Source: Gemmata sp. | Lineage (GTDB): Bacteria; Planctomycetota; Planctomycetia; Gemmatales; Gemmataceae | NCBI GenBank assembly: GCA_041740855.1 | Contig: JBGSLF010000195.1 | Coordinates: 11,384-75,383 of the forward strand | DNA length: 64,000 nucleotides | Reading direction: 5' to 3' | Shown here: piece by piece, positions 20,801 to 28,681 of the stretch | How positions within the stretch are numbered: position 1 is the stretch's first letter | Layout: each line of letters starts with the position of its first letter | Translations under genes and position numbers: made by a program | The notes under the pieces: model-generated | Told to the model about the DNA's origin: nothing | Seen by the model: only the letters and a program-made list of their open reading frames with translations | Database searches by the model: none

Positions 20801-20870
20801 CAACGTGCAATGCATGTATGCCCCGGAGTTCAACAGCCACTCCGAGAACATTAACCTCGAAGTGAAGTGA
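14820..20870 (+). CDS. alpha-2-macroglobulin family protein, 2016 aa, N-terminal membrane anchor, intact thioester
   Basis: N-terminal hydrophobic anchor (LIAFGVSTVCIAVGVTLMA). Thioester motif CSEQ at 19266-19277 (FPHECSEQTFNRL). Gly/Ala/Pro linker followed by RKNLNETAFFFPNLV, matching the post-bait R-x-x-F-x-ET motif of A2M proteins. Confidence 0.9.
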   Translation: MTLQKRLIAFGVSTVCIAVGVTLMARAFTNAQLPRDERWKKVAEANAKGLPRTAITELEPIIEGAIKDKDYPEAIKAIATKINLQGNIEGNKPEEKIIRMREAIAAAPPEMHAVLNAIHAHWYWHYFQQNRWRFMQRTQTGQSPGEDIQTWDLPRIFAEIGKTFEAALANEKELKATPIGTYSILLEKGTIPDKFRPTLFDFLAFEALSFYSSAEQAGARPQDSFDLKADSPIFDSVEKFLAWTPQTTDQGNRTIKAIKLFQQLLAFHKGDAESAAFLDADLHRLRFGWNKAVGEDKNARYKAALEAFAKANRDHELFAMAQYQLAGVLQAEGELVKARETALSALNAFPESPGGKLAFNLIQQIESKSASITTERVWNDPLPDIRVSYQNITKVYFRVIKSDYLDRLKTAQWRPEQLNENEAKMLLRQDPTQSFEHDLPATTDFKNRTESIPAPKGLKPGFYYILAGHDEQFSDTTPVSYTEIFVSDLAIVERRDHSSGVAAGQVMLASAGTPIEGAQVQTWIRQNNGGWATGGIGQTDKSGLYRIAVPMNRAHMAVVTHNDQLLATANDSYSGGRRGEPQAHEQVVFFTDRSLYRPGQTIQFKGILIRVDQAADNYAVVPNRAITVQFNDVNGKVIGKVEATSNDYGSISGSFIAPRDQLMGRMHINAMGLNGAASFNIEEYKRPKFRVEVEAPKDAFALNDTVKVPGKAMQYNGVPVGGAKVAFRVTREVRYPDWFFEYCWWRPIPRGPAQEIASGIVMTEVDGSFAIPFVARPDLSVNPKDEPAFRYSITADVTDTTGETRTGTRSVQVGYVALRATVTADAWLIVANDVKFDISTTTLDGEGQAAKGTLKVFALKQPAKPARPEVQGQVWWPRLKEDEVPKPDPAKPISWELGEEVFGTDFASNEKGQTNASTKLPAGIYRAVLETTDKFGKKVTTRHQFTVLDPAANAFNVKVPNHVAAPKWSVEPGEEFVLFWGSGYDTAQAFIEVEHKGQILKAWWTEPGKTQHIVKQQVTEAMRGGFTVRVTQVRENRAYLTSRQVEVPWSNKELSVKWERFVSKLEPGQKETYTAIVSGPKAERAIAEMVAGMYDLSLDAFLPHQWMERFSVFRHDHTWINLSFENVPRHFNHFKGQWPHTHKPVDLTYRGFPGDLTTNYIRYEYFGKGGGYTFGNQHWGLERGAMFDGVAMPDARHGGLANGMLAKGEAQGADGAPAAPPADAAAPGEGGGAGAPPATNPGPDLGSISPRKNLNETAFFFPNLVSNAEGEVRIEFTVPEALTKWKFMAFAHDQNLRSGFLRDEVITAKDLMAQPNPPRFLREGDVIEFTAKVSNQGKAGQKGSVKLALADTRTQKSLDTELSNTSATQEFDLPAGESKTFSWRLTVPDGTGPITYKVVAASERNSDGEEGILPVLSRYVLVQESLPLPIRNPGSRNFEFTRLRESAQSETIRHKSFTIQMVSQPAWYAVLALPYLMEFPHECSEQTFNRLYANALAHHIASSDPKIRKVFDQWKGTDALDSPLVKNQDLKSVLIEETPWVRQAVRESEARRNVGILFDENRLQFETTMLTQKLAQMQNPDGSWPWFPGGNGNDFITLYITTGYGRLRQLGVKIDTAAAVRSLNRLDDWADRQYQWAMKNKPDENHLNPSIALYLYCRSFFLADKAVDNIHREAIEYWLGQSRKHWLQLANRQSQAHLAVALKRFGDKETPTGIMKSIKERSKTDAELGMYWRDLELSYSWFRAPIETQAMMIEAFDEVMNDVQSVEDCKVWLLKMKQTTNWKTTKSTADAVYALLLRGDNLLKSDALVEVTVGNQLIQPEKIEAGTGFYERRFLGAEVQPALAAITVKKTDPGVSWGSAHWSYLEDISKVSRHEGTPLQLEKRLFKRTNAKAGPVINPVAEGEVLAVGDELVVRIVLRTDRDMEFIHLRDQRGSGTEPVNVLSRYKWQDGLGYYESTRDTASHFFIDYLPKGVYVFEYPVRVQHRGKYPTGYANVQCMYAPEFNSHSENINLEVK

Positions 20871-20890
20871 CTTGATGTGAACGCTCAAAC

Positions 20891-20914
20891 GCCCACCCGT
20901 AAGCACGGGTGGGC
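20891..20914. terminator. hairpin terminator between convergent genes
   Basis: 10-bp stem gcccacccgt / acgggtgggc with a 4-nt loop, followed by cgcttt. Lies between the gene ends at 20870 (+) and 20935 (-). Confidence 0.65.
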
Positions 20915-20934
20915 CGCTTTAACCGAGCCAGTCG

Positions 20935-23688
20935 TCAGAAGCCCACAGACATTCGCTGTTGCTCCGACCGGCGGATGCGGCGAAACAAACCGAACGCTCC
21001 GACCGACACGACGCAGATTGCCAGCACTGATCCCGGTTCTGGAACCGGCGTGAAACCGTAGAGAACGATATCGTTCCCACCGGTCAACGAAATGTCATTG
21101 CCTGTCAGATTGCCTACATAACTCAACTTAAATGTCCCGGCTGGTGAGTTATTGCCAAACACTGCGTTAACAGTCCCATCTTGTGCGACCCCCGCGAACA
21201 TGCCGTCAATCTGGTTGGGAGTTTGGTTGTCCAGAATGGTAAATCGTTCGCTGGATGACGGGTCAAATCCAATCGCCAGGCCCACTGTCAGAACGGAACC
21301 CGTCACATCCACCGTCCCCGTACCGCGGACAGTCAACCGACTGTAGCTGTTTGGGCCACCAGCGGGGTCGAAGTTTGTTCCGTTCAGCAGGGCCAACACG
21401 TTCGACGAGGTACGGAGCGTAACCGGTGTGTTCACACCGTTAGTGCCGATCTGCAGATGTCCCGGTATGAACTCGCCATTGTCAAGGAACACGAACGCAC
21501 CTGGCATCGCGGTAAACCCGTTTCCACTCGAAGGCGCGATGATCCCGTTGCCACGGAGTGCATCGTTGATGATCACGCGGCCGGTTCCGGTCGCCGACCC
21601 TGTAGTGTTGCTGATCAACAGGACACCGGAGTCCACGGATGTGCCGCCCTGGTACGTGTTTGCTCCGGTCAGTTCCACCGCTCCGCCCCCGGAGAAGGAT
21701 AGCGACGAGTTGGGGCCGCCGGATATCACCTGTGTGAAACGAACGCGAGAAGCAATGCCCCGGGAGCTGGTTTGGGAGGATGGCCCCTGAAGCAGGAGTT
21801 GCCGAGTTTCGGGCGGATTCGCGGCCGACCCGTCGTCGAGGGCAAGAGCGTTCGCAAACGTGACAATGCCGGTCGAAGTGAAATAGCCGAACCGCAGGGC
21901 GGCCCCGGACCGGACGAAGTACTGGCTGTCGCCTGTCGTCCCGTTCCAGAGGAGTTGGTGCCCGTCCCCGCCGATGTTCACCGTAAGGTTCCCGTTGATC
22001 GCGGCGAATCCACCAGACCCGCGGTCCGCGACGTTCGGCGTGTTGATCCAGTTGACTTGCCCTGCACCAACCCCAAGTGATCGGGTGAAGGTACTCGTCC
22101 CGCCGCTGGCATCGACCTCCAGTATCCCGCCCCGGAACGCCACGGAATTGTTCAGCCCAAAGTTCAGTGTCGGACCGTCGATCCTTGCCCGGATCGCCCC
22201 CTGATTGATGACCACATAGTTGTTGATCGCCATCTGATCGGTGGTCCCCGTCAGTCGCAGTGTGCCGCCACCGGCCTTGACCACGGCCGCACCGGGCGCG
22301 AACGTTGCTCCCATGCTCAGCGTGGTGGTGTTGGTCCCGAGAACGAACACATTACGGACACTCGGCCCATTCCCCGCGACGATCCCGTTGGTGATGGCGA
22401 AGTCGAACACCGTCGACCCAGTTGTCGCCCGTTCCAGCATCAGCCCAGCGGTCGCGATCGTGTTCCCGTTGAGGTTGATCGAATACCCGTTGACGGGCGG
22501 TTCGAGCACCAGTGTCATCGGGCTGATGCTGTTGGTCAGAGTGGCGGTCGATGTGGAGGTCGGCTTGTAGATCACATTCGACCCCGGAAGGGCGGTCGAG
22601 AGGTTGGACTGGTTGAGTGTGGTCCCGAGTTGCGCAGTCACCTCGCCGGTGGCCGGGTTGATCGTGGCAAACCGCCCCCCGAAACTGACACCGGTGACAG
22701 ACCCCGTCAGGATGACGTATGGCGAGCCACCACCGTCGATAATCACTCCATTCTGGTTGGGGATGCCGAACGGCCCAGGTGCCAGGAACACCGAACCGAC
22801 CGCGCCGGTGAAGCCTGGAATCGCGCCACCGAAAGCGAACTCCAGGGTGCCAGACCCGCCACTAGGTGGGGTGCCCGTGAACCGGTCGATTCCCGACTGC
22901 AGAGTTGAGTTACCAAGGTTCAGGCGGGTGGTCGGGGTGATTCCAGAAGACCCGGCGAAGACACCCACGCTGGCGTGCCCGGACGCAGCAGCAATCTGGT
23001 TCAGGTTGAACACATCGTCGAGCCCATCCGCTCCCTGGAGGCTCAGATTGCCGCCACCCTGGAATCGAATCGCCCCTTGTGCGTTGTTGTTTACCCCAAG
23101 ACCGTTGGTGATGCGGGTGCCCGAACTCAGCGCAACCAGCGTCCCGCTGATCGTCAGGTTGTGGTTCGTCGTTCCGGCCGCGTCGATGAGGCGGAGTTCC
23201 GACCCATTCTGGAGGATGAATCGGGAATTGAACCCCGAAAAGTCCATTGCCCCGACGTTACTGGCGTAACTCCCTGCCGCATACGAGGTGCCAGTGGCGA
23301 TGTTCGTCCTCAGGTTATCCAGGGTGATGGTCGCCCCGAACGTGCCGCGAAAGGCGAAAGTCGGGTCGGTCATCACCCCGCCGGTGCCAAGAGTCAGGGT
23401 GTTCCCGTTCCCGAACATGGTGCCGACCGAGAGTCCACGCGGGCCAAGGATGCGGAACCGGCCGGCGGCCGCGTTGGCCGAGAAACTGGGAACGTTGTAC
23501 GTCGGCCCGTCGAACAGGCCGAGCACGGCCGTGGAGGCACTTGTCGGCACCCCATCGGGCGACCAACTACCGGACGTGTGCCAATCGGTCCCGCTGTAGT
23601 TCCACTGATAGGTTGTTTGGGCGGCAACGGGCTGAACAACACTCAACGAAGCTGCAAAAGCCACAGCGGAGCGGATGATGAGACGCAT
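20935..23688 (-). CDS. PEP-CTERM-anchored secreted protein with autotransporter-associated beta-strand repeats, 917 aa
   Basis: Signal peptide (MRLIIRSAVAFAASLSVVQPVAAQ). Repeats such as GGGAVELTGANTYQGGTSVDSGVLLISN and GGTLRLTGTTDQ. C-terminus VPEPGSVLAICVVSVGAFGLFRRIRR is a PEP-CTERM sorting signal. Confidence 0.85.
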   Translation of the reverse strand: MRLIIRSAVAFAASLSVVQPVAAQTTYQWNYSGTDWHTSGSWSPDGVPTSASTAVLGLFDGPTYNVPSFSANAAAGRFRILGPRGLSVGTMFGNGNTLTLGTGGVMTDPTFAFRGTFGATITLDNLRTNIATGTSYAAGSYASNVGAMDFSGFNSRFILQNGSELRLIDAAGTTNHNLTISGTLVALSSGTRITNGLGVNNNAQGAIRFQGGGNLSLQGADGLDDVFNLNQIAAASGHASVGVFAGSSGITPTTRLNLGNSTLQSGIDRFTGTPPSGGSGTLEFAFGGAIPGFTGAVGSVFLAPGPFGIPNQNGVIIDGGGSPYVILTGSVTGVSFGGRFATINPATGEVTAQLGTTLNQSNLSTALPGSNVIYKPTSTSTATLTNSISPMTLVLEPPVNGYSINLNGNTIATAGLMLERATTGSTVFDFAITNGIVAGNGPSVRNVFVLGTNTTTLSMGATFAPGAAVVKAGGGTLRLTGTTDQMAINNYVVINQGAIRARIDGPTLNFGLNNSVAFRGGILEVDASGGTSTFTRSLGVGAGQVNWINTPNVADRGSGGFAAINGNLTVNIGGDGHQLLWNGTTGDSQYFVRSGAALRFGYFTSTGIVTFANALALDDGSAANPPETRQLLLQGPSSQTSSRGIASRVRFTQVISGGPNSSLSFSGGGAVELTGANTYQGGTSVDSGVLLISNTTGSATGTGRVIINDALRGNGIIAPSSGNGFTAMPGAFVFLDNGEFIPGHLQIGTNGVNTPVTLRTSSNVLALLNGTNFDPAGGPNSYSRLTVRGTGTVDVTGSVLTVGLAIGFDPSSSERFTILDNQTPNQIDGMFAGVAQDGTVNAVFGNNSPAGTFKLSYVGNLTGNDISLTGGNDIVLYGFTPVPEPGSVLAICVVSVGAFGLFRRIRRSEQQRMSVGF

Positions 23689-23868
23689 GGCAGAACCCTG
23701 TTAGAAGCTGGAGAATATTTTCCTTATACACTGCCATGCGCAGGCATATAAGTAGTTTGGGTGAAATATATTAGAGGTGTGGAATCGAGAACCCCGAAGC
23801 ACCCATGCGATAGGATGTCGGGGTTAGGAAATGTGCTCTTAAACGGGCTTCTGCGAGTTGTGAGAACC

Positions 23869-25044
23869 TCATCCCTTCAGCATCTCGTCGTGCTTCATGC
23901 CGCTTGGGGGCAAGTCGGCTTTGTGGCAGTTGGCGAGTGCGGCTTTCGCTCCGGAGAGTTGGTCGGCGTCGTTATCTTCCCATTCGATGCTCACAGCCCC
24001 ATCGAAGCCAACTCGGTTCAACTCGATGAAGATATCTTCCAGGCTATTCGCGTCGCGAGCGGTGCCAGCGGTCACGAAGTTCCAGCCGTTGGTCCAGTGG
24101 CCCATCGGGCGATGCCCGCCCAACCGGCCCGCACGGCAGTGTTCGCGTGCCACCCAAACGCCCTTCACGTGGGCGCAGTGAATGAATTCCTTGAACTCGC
24201 GAATGAACTCGATCACCGACACGTTCTGCCATTCCATGTGCGAGCCATCGAGGTTGAAGCCAACCACGCCTTCATACCCCGCTTTGCACATGTGCGTGAT
24301 GTAATCGTTCGCGCTTTCGATGTCGCCCATCGCGCGTTCGCTCGGGTGGCATTCCAGGTCGAACGTGATGCCGTACTTCTTGCACTCATTCCACACGGGG
24401 CCGAACCGCTCGACGAGCAATTCCAGCGAAAGATCGCGCACATCGGGGAGCTTGTAGCCTTCAATCTCGGTGGGCAAGGGCGGAAACAGGAACCAGTGGC
24501 TCCAGCAATTCGCAGGGCTGCCGACAAACCCCGGCAACGCGACCTTGCGGCCTTGCAGTTTGCTGAGATGGCCGGCGTAACGCACGCAGGCGAGTAAGTC
24601 TTTCTGCGCCTCGGCGTGAACGAGCTTGGCCACTTCCGGCGGAACGAAGTAGGGGTCCGTTCGCGGCGGATTGTTGCCGGCCGCTCGCCAGGCTTTGTAC
24701 GCTGCCTTGGCGTCGCCCTTGCCGGAACAGAAGTTCAGCGTCTTGGCGCTGGGTTCATCGCCGAGCACTTGCCCCTGAAGGTGTGTCGCCACCGTGAAGA
24801 TTTCCATCCCGTGCTGCTTCGCCAGGTTCACGCGTTCGGCGGCGTACGACGCGGCTCCGCCGTCGGTGTCGCAGCGCCTCAGATCGAGTTCCCAGGAAGC
24901 TTCTTCCCAGCCATCGAACCCGGCATCCGCGATGAACTTGATCCACTTATCTTCGGGCACGTTGCCAAACTGCCCGCGAACAAGCCCAATCTGGTGAAAG
25001 CTAGCCTTGCCGTTTTTGTGCGTCTGAGTCTGTTTGAAACCCAC
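23869..25044 (-). CDS. sugar phosphate isomerase/epimerase (xylose-isomerase-like TIM barrel)
   Basis: Motifs are consistent with TIM-barrel family members (FDGWEEASWELD, ITFDLECHPSE, GFDGAVSIEWEDN). The ORF extends to 25215, but the first 57 codons are atypical. A GTG at 25044 with GGAGAC upstream is the likelier start. Confidence 0.7.
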   Translation of the reverse strand: MGFKQTQTHKNGKASFHQIGLVRGQFGNVPEDKWIKFIADAGFDGWEEASWELDLRRCDTDGGAASYAAERVNLAKQHGMEIFTVATHLQGQVLGDEPSAKTLNFCSGKGDAKAAYKAWRAAGNNPPRTDPYFVPPEVAKLVHAEAQKDLLACVRYAGHLSKLQGRKVALPGFVGSPANCWSHWFLFPPLPTEIEGYKLPDVRDLSLELLVERFGPVWNECKKYGITFDLECHPSERAMGDIESANDYITHMCKAGYEGVVGFNLDGSHMEWQNVSVIEFIREFKEFIHCAHVKGVWVAREHCRAGRLGGHRPMGHWTNGWNFVTAGTARDANSLEDIFIELNRVGFDGAVSIEWEDNDADQLSGAKAALANCHKADLPPSGMKHDEMLKG

Positions 25045-25213
25045 GGGAGAGTCTCCAGGGTAAGCGGGGTGAAGGCGAACGACCGGCCTCGACCGGCGTG
25101 TTTGCGAGATAAGGATTACCGCAGACTCTATCGGCGACCGAAACGGCGGGCAAGCGGTTGACGCAAGCCGCAGGTATGCGAAAATTGCCACTCCAACTCT
25201 AACCGAGGCGTTC

Positions 25214-25417
25214 ATGCGACTGGAAATTCACAAGGCCGGGGCCAAAACCGAAGACGTGACGATCGACATTAACGAAATCTTCCCGGACAAACCCGCGAAC
25301 CTCGTGGAAGTCTGTGAGACCGAAGCACGAGCACTCTACGACGTATTGAAAAGCACACTCCACCCTGAAACCAAAGCCGCTCTCGTGCGGATGATTGAAC
25401 GGAGTGGGCTGGAGTGA
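25214..25417 (+). CDS. hypothetical small protein, 67 aa
   Basis: ATG ORF with ordinary composition. Its stop overlaps the GTG start of the next gene (GTGA). Confidence 0.45.
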   Translation: MRLEIHKAGAKTEDVTIDINEIFPDKPANLVEVCETEARALYDVLKSTLHPETKAALVRMIERSGLE

Positions 25418-25857
25418 CAACGACGCCGAAGAATGCCCCGCTGCTGTTCCGAATGGTGCAGTTGAACGCTGCGATATTGCTATTCGCCGCACCCTTCGTG
25501 CTCATACCCTTCTCGCTGATGGATTCGGTCCATCGCGATTGGCTTGGGCTTGGCTCGCTGCCGGATGTTCCGATCACGCACTACATGGCACGTTCTCTTT
25601 CGCTGGTCTATGCCATGCACGGGGCGGTACTTCTGGCCGTTACTTGGAACTGGGAACGATTCTGGACCGCTGTCCCATTTCTGGCGTGTCTTCACATCGT
25701 TTTCGGTTTGTGCATGGTGGTTATCGATTGGGATGCTGGCATGCCGTGGTGGTGGACCGCTGCGGAAGGGCCGGGAATGATCGCGTATGCACTGCTGGTG
25801 CTGACAACCTATCGTCGGGCCGCACGGCGTATCGCGGCCCACACGCTACCGAAATAA
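25414..25857 (+). CDS. hypothetical membrane protein, 147 aa, 4 predicted TM helices
   Basis: Hydrophobic segments AAILLFAAPFVLIPF, LSLVYAMHGAVLLAV, AVPFLACLHIVFGLCMVVI and GMIAYALLVLTTY. The start overlaps the preceding stop. Confidence 0.6.
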   Translation: MTTTPKNAPLLFRMVQLNAAILLFAAPFVLIPFSLMDSVHRDWLGLGSLPDVPITHYMARSLSLVYAMHGAVLLAVTWNWERFWTAVPFLACLHIVFGLCMVVIDWDAGMPWWWTAAEGPGMIAYALLVLTTYRRAARRIAAHTLPK

Positions 25858-26266
25858 CCTGCTCGAAAACTCCGAACGCTGTCCGCTCTGACCCGCCAAA
25901 GCGATATATCGATGGTGGGAGTCCGTATTGGCGAACGGGTCCGTGCGAGCGCCCGCTCCCGTGTGAAGACGCAACACGTTAACTATTCGTATCTTCCGCA
26001 CGATCGCCCGAAAAAATCGCCGGTTTGGCACCGCACGGGGTAAGATGATCAACCGGCGGTAGGGAAGGGCATTCTTACACTTTTCATGTAACGCCCCTGC
26101 GATCAGGAAGGATCATCGCCGGGAAAATCGGGACAGAAGGAAGTTAAGCCATCCAACGCATTACCCTGGCAGGGATCGCGTTGCGTTGCTTGTAATATGC
26201 TCCCGGTTTACCGCCCAAGTTTGAACCGAAAGAGCCGTGCCACCGTTATGACCTGTACGGGTCAAC

Positions 26267-26296
26267 TTGTCTGGCAGGTCGGTGTAACGGTATGAT
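26267..26296 (+). promoter_or_regulatory. candidate sigma70-type promoter of the HlyD-paralogue cluster
   Basis: TTGTCT, 18-nt spacer, TATGAT, about 40 nt upstream of the GTG at 26337, which is preceded by GAGGAA. Confidence 0.3.
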
Positions 26297-26336
26297 CCCG
26301 TATTAGCGCCCCCGCGTCGCCCCGAGGAACCCGCCC

Positions 26337-28502
26337 GTGACTCCCACGCCACCTGGCCAAGTTGAAGACCGAAGCCGCTACAGTCGCCAGATTGAAGAGG
26401 CGTTCGAGGCGGCGGCCAGATTGGCCGGTTCCAACCTTGCGCCAGCCGAGTTTTACGAACAATTCCTGAACCGCGCGCTCACAGCGATCGATGCCCCTGC
26501 GGGGGCCATCTGGCTGCGAACGCCGCAGGGATTCCTCCAGGTTGCGTGCCAACTCAATCTGGAGAAGGTGGGGCTGGATTCGCGTCGCGGCGGGCGACAG
26601 TGCCACAATGAAATCTTGCGTCAGGTTTTCCAGGCGGCACCGCCGCGACCGGTCATGCTGGAACCGAACGCACGCCTGGGCGGCACCACCGGCGAACCCG
26701 GACCGGTGCCACCGGCGAATCTGACCGATCACTTCGCACTCTTCGCCCCGATCGTGACTCCGGACAAGCAACCACTGGGCGTGCTGGAAGTTTTCCAGGA
26801 TCCCAACCACGATCCGCGCATGTACCCGGCGTTCTTGAACTATGCGTTCCAGATGGCGGGCTATGCCAGTCAGTATCACCAATTCATCAACGCTCGCAGC
26901 GGATCGGGCACGGAACGCACCTTCACGCAGGTCGAATCGTTCGCGCGATTGGTTCATGGCACGTTGAACCCCACCGAGGTGGCGTACCACGTTGCGAATG
27001 AAGGAAGAAAACTGGTCGAATGCGATCGCATGTGCGTGGGCGTTCGCCATTCTCGCTACAAGGTGACGGTGGAAGCGGTAAGCGGGGCCGATGTGGTGGA
27101 GAAGGCCAGCACGCACGTTCGCCGGTTGCGCCACCTGATGGAATCGGTGCTGCACTGGGGCGAGCCATTGGTGTTCAAGGGCACCAAGGACGCAGGACTG
27201 CCGCCAGATGTTTCCGAAGCACTGGAAGATTACCTGCACGAGAGCCAGCCCAAGTTGCTCGTTGTGCAGCCGATCCGCGACGACCGAGAGAAGGACACCA
27301 CCAAGCCGGCACGCTCGGTGCTGGTGCTGGAGAGTTTCAACCCACCCGAGAACCCGGAACCGCTGATTCAGCGGCTGGAAGTGGTGGGCAAGCACGCGGC
27401 CCCGGCGTTGTATAACGCGGCCGAGATGAAACGTGTGCCACTCAAGCCACTCTGGTGGCCGCTGGCCAAGCTTCAGGAAGGCGTGGGCGGTAAGGCACGA
27501 TTCTTCGGCCTGCTTGGCCTGCTCGTGGCCACCGGACTCATCGCGGCCATGATCGCCGTCCCGTATCCGTTGCGGATGGAAGCAAAGGGGCAGATGCTGC
27601 CCGTGGAGATCGCCCAGATCTTCCCACCCCGAACCGGCGTGGTGCGCGAGATTCGCGCTCGCCCCGGCGATCAGATTTCCCCACGCTTCGAGGCCGTTTC
27701 GCTCTTCGATCCCGAACTGAATGCCAAGTATGGCGAGGCCCAGGAAAAGTTCCGCCAGTCGTCCACACAGGTGGCACTATTCAATCGCGTTCTCGATGAT
27801 CCGAACATGGATCCGAAGGAGAAAGTGAACTATCGCCAGCAACTCGTGATAGCCGAGAGTGATCGCGATGCATCGCGTGCGGTGATGGATTCGCTGGATA
27901 AGCAGTTCAACTGCGACCGCCAGAAGCCTGGGTATTTCCGGGCCATTGCTCCCAGCTTCGAGGCGAAACTCGCTCGGCCACTTGGCGTTTCACAATGGAC
28001 GGTTCTCAACGACGATCGCCAAGAGACTTTGCTCGGTAAAACGGTTCGCCCCGAACAAGAATTACTCCGGGTGGGGAACCTGCAAGGGCCATGGCAGATT
28101 GAATTGAAGATCCCGCAGCGGAACATCGGCCAGATTCTCAAGGCGTTTGGCGACCCAAGCCTGCACAAGGAAGAGCCGGAAACCGGCAAGAAATATCTGG
28201 ATGTGGATGTGCTTCTTTCGAGCCAACCCGACGCGAGCTATCTTGGCCGGTTATACCGCGATGGAATCTCCGCACAAGCCGTTCCGGGCAAGACCGATCA
28301 GGACGAGAACGAACCGGTCGTTACGGCGTATGTGAAGCTCAACCTCAACGACTTCCCCGAGCAATTAAAGATTCCCACAGACCAGTTCGTCACGGGTCTT
28401 GAAGTGCGTACCCGCATCCGGTGCGGCGAACACGCCATGGGCTATTCCATGTTCCATGGCGTTTGGGAATGGTTCTACGAGAAGGTCGTTTTCTTGTTCT
28501 GA
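26337..28502 (+). CDS. GAF-like sensor / single TM / HlyD-type membrane fusion protein, 721 aa
   Basis: GTG start with a GAGGAA RBS. Cytoplasmic region of about 385 aa with two GAF-like repeats (APAGAIWLRTPQGFLQVACQL; NEGRKLVECDRMCVGVR). TM helix FFGLLGLLVATGLIAAMIAV. Periplasmic lipoyl-hairpin, coiled-coil and barrel region ending in a HlyD-like tail. Confidence 0.8.
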   Translation: MTPTPPGQVEDRSRYSRQIEEAFEAAARLAGSNLAPAEFYEQFLNRALTAIDAPAGAIWLRTPQGFLQVACQLNLEKVGLDSRRGGRQCHNEILRQVFQAAPPRPVMLEPNARLGGTTGEPGPVPPANLTDHFALFAPIVTPDKQPLGVLEVFQDPNHDPRMYPAFLNYAFQMAGYASQYHQFINARSGSGTERTFTQVESFARLVHGTLNPTEVAYHVANEGRKLVECDRMCVGVRHSRYKVTVEAVSGADVVEKASTHVRRLRHLMESVLHWGEPLVFKGTKDAGLPPDVSEALEDYLHESQPKLLVVQPIRDDREKDTTKPARSVLVLESFNPPENPEPLIQRLEVVGKHAAPALYNAAEMKRVPLKPLWWPLAKLQEGVGGKARFFGLLGLLVATGLIAAMIAVPYPLRMEAKGQMLPVEIAQIFPPRTGVVREIRARPGDQISPRFEAVSLFDPELNAKYGEAQEKFRQSSTQVALFNRVLDDPNMDPKEKVNYRQQLVIAESDRDASRAVMDSLDKQFNCDRQKPGYFRAIAPSFEAKLARPLGVSQWTVLNDDRQETLLGKTVRPEQELLRVGNLQGPWQIELKIPQRNIGQILKAFGDPSLHKEEPETGKKYLDVDVLLSSQPDASYLGRLYRDGISAQAVPGKTDQDENEPVVTAYVKLNLNDFPEQLKIPTDQFVTGLEVRTRIRCGEHAMGYSMFHGVWEWFYEKVVFLF

Positions 28503-28681
28503 TTGTGGCGCGGGCGAGTGAAAAGTGGTGCGGAACGGATGCCCATTCCCGAGACGGCTCGTCTCGGGCCTCTTACCACTCGCCCATGCGATGCTAATCC
28601 GCCGCTTGGCCGAGCAATACCGCCTCGCACCCAACGGCAACCCCGACACAACCCCGCAACCGTCCCACGGAGGACCATGCC

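Noticed and set aside
26262-27395. 377-aa ORF antisense to the first cluster gene
   Set aside because: Arg/His/Gln-rich composition with no motifs, and fully embedded opposite a well-supported gene with an RBS and domain structure. This is a typical GC-rich shadow frame.
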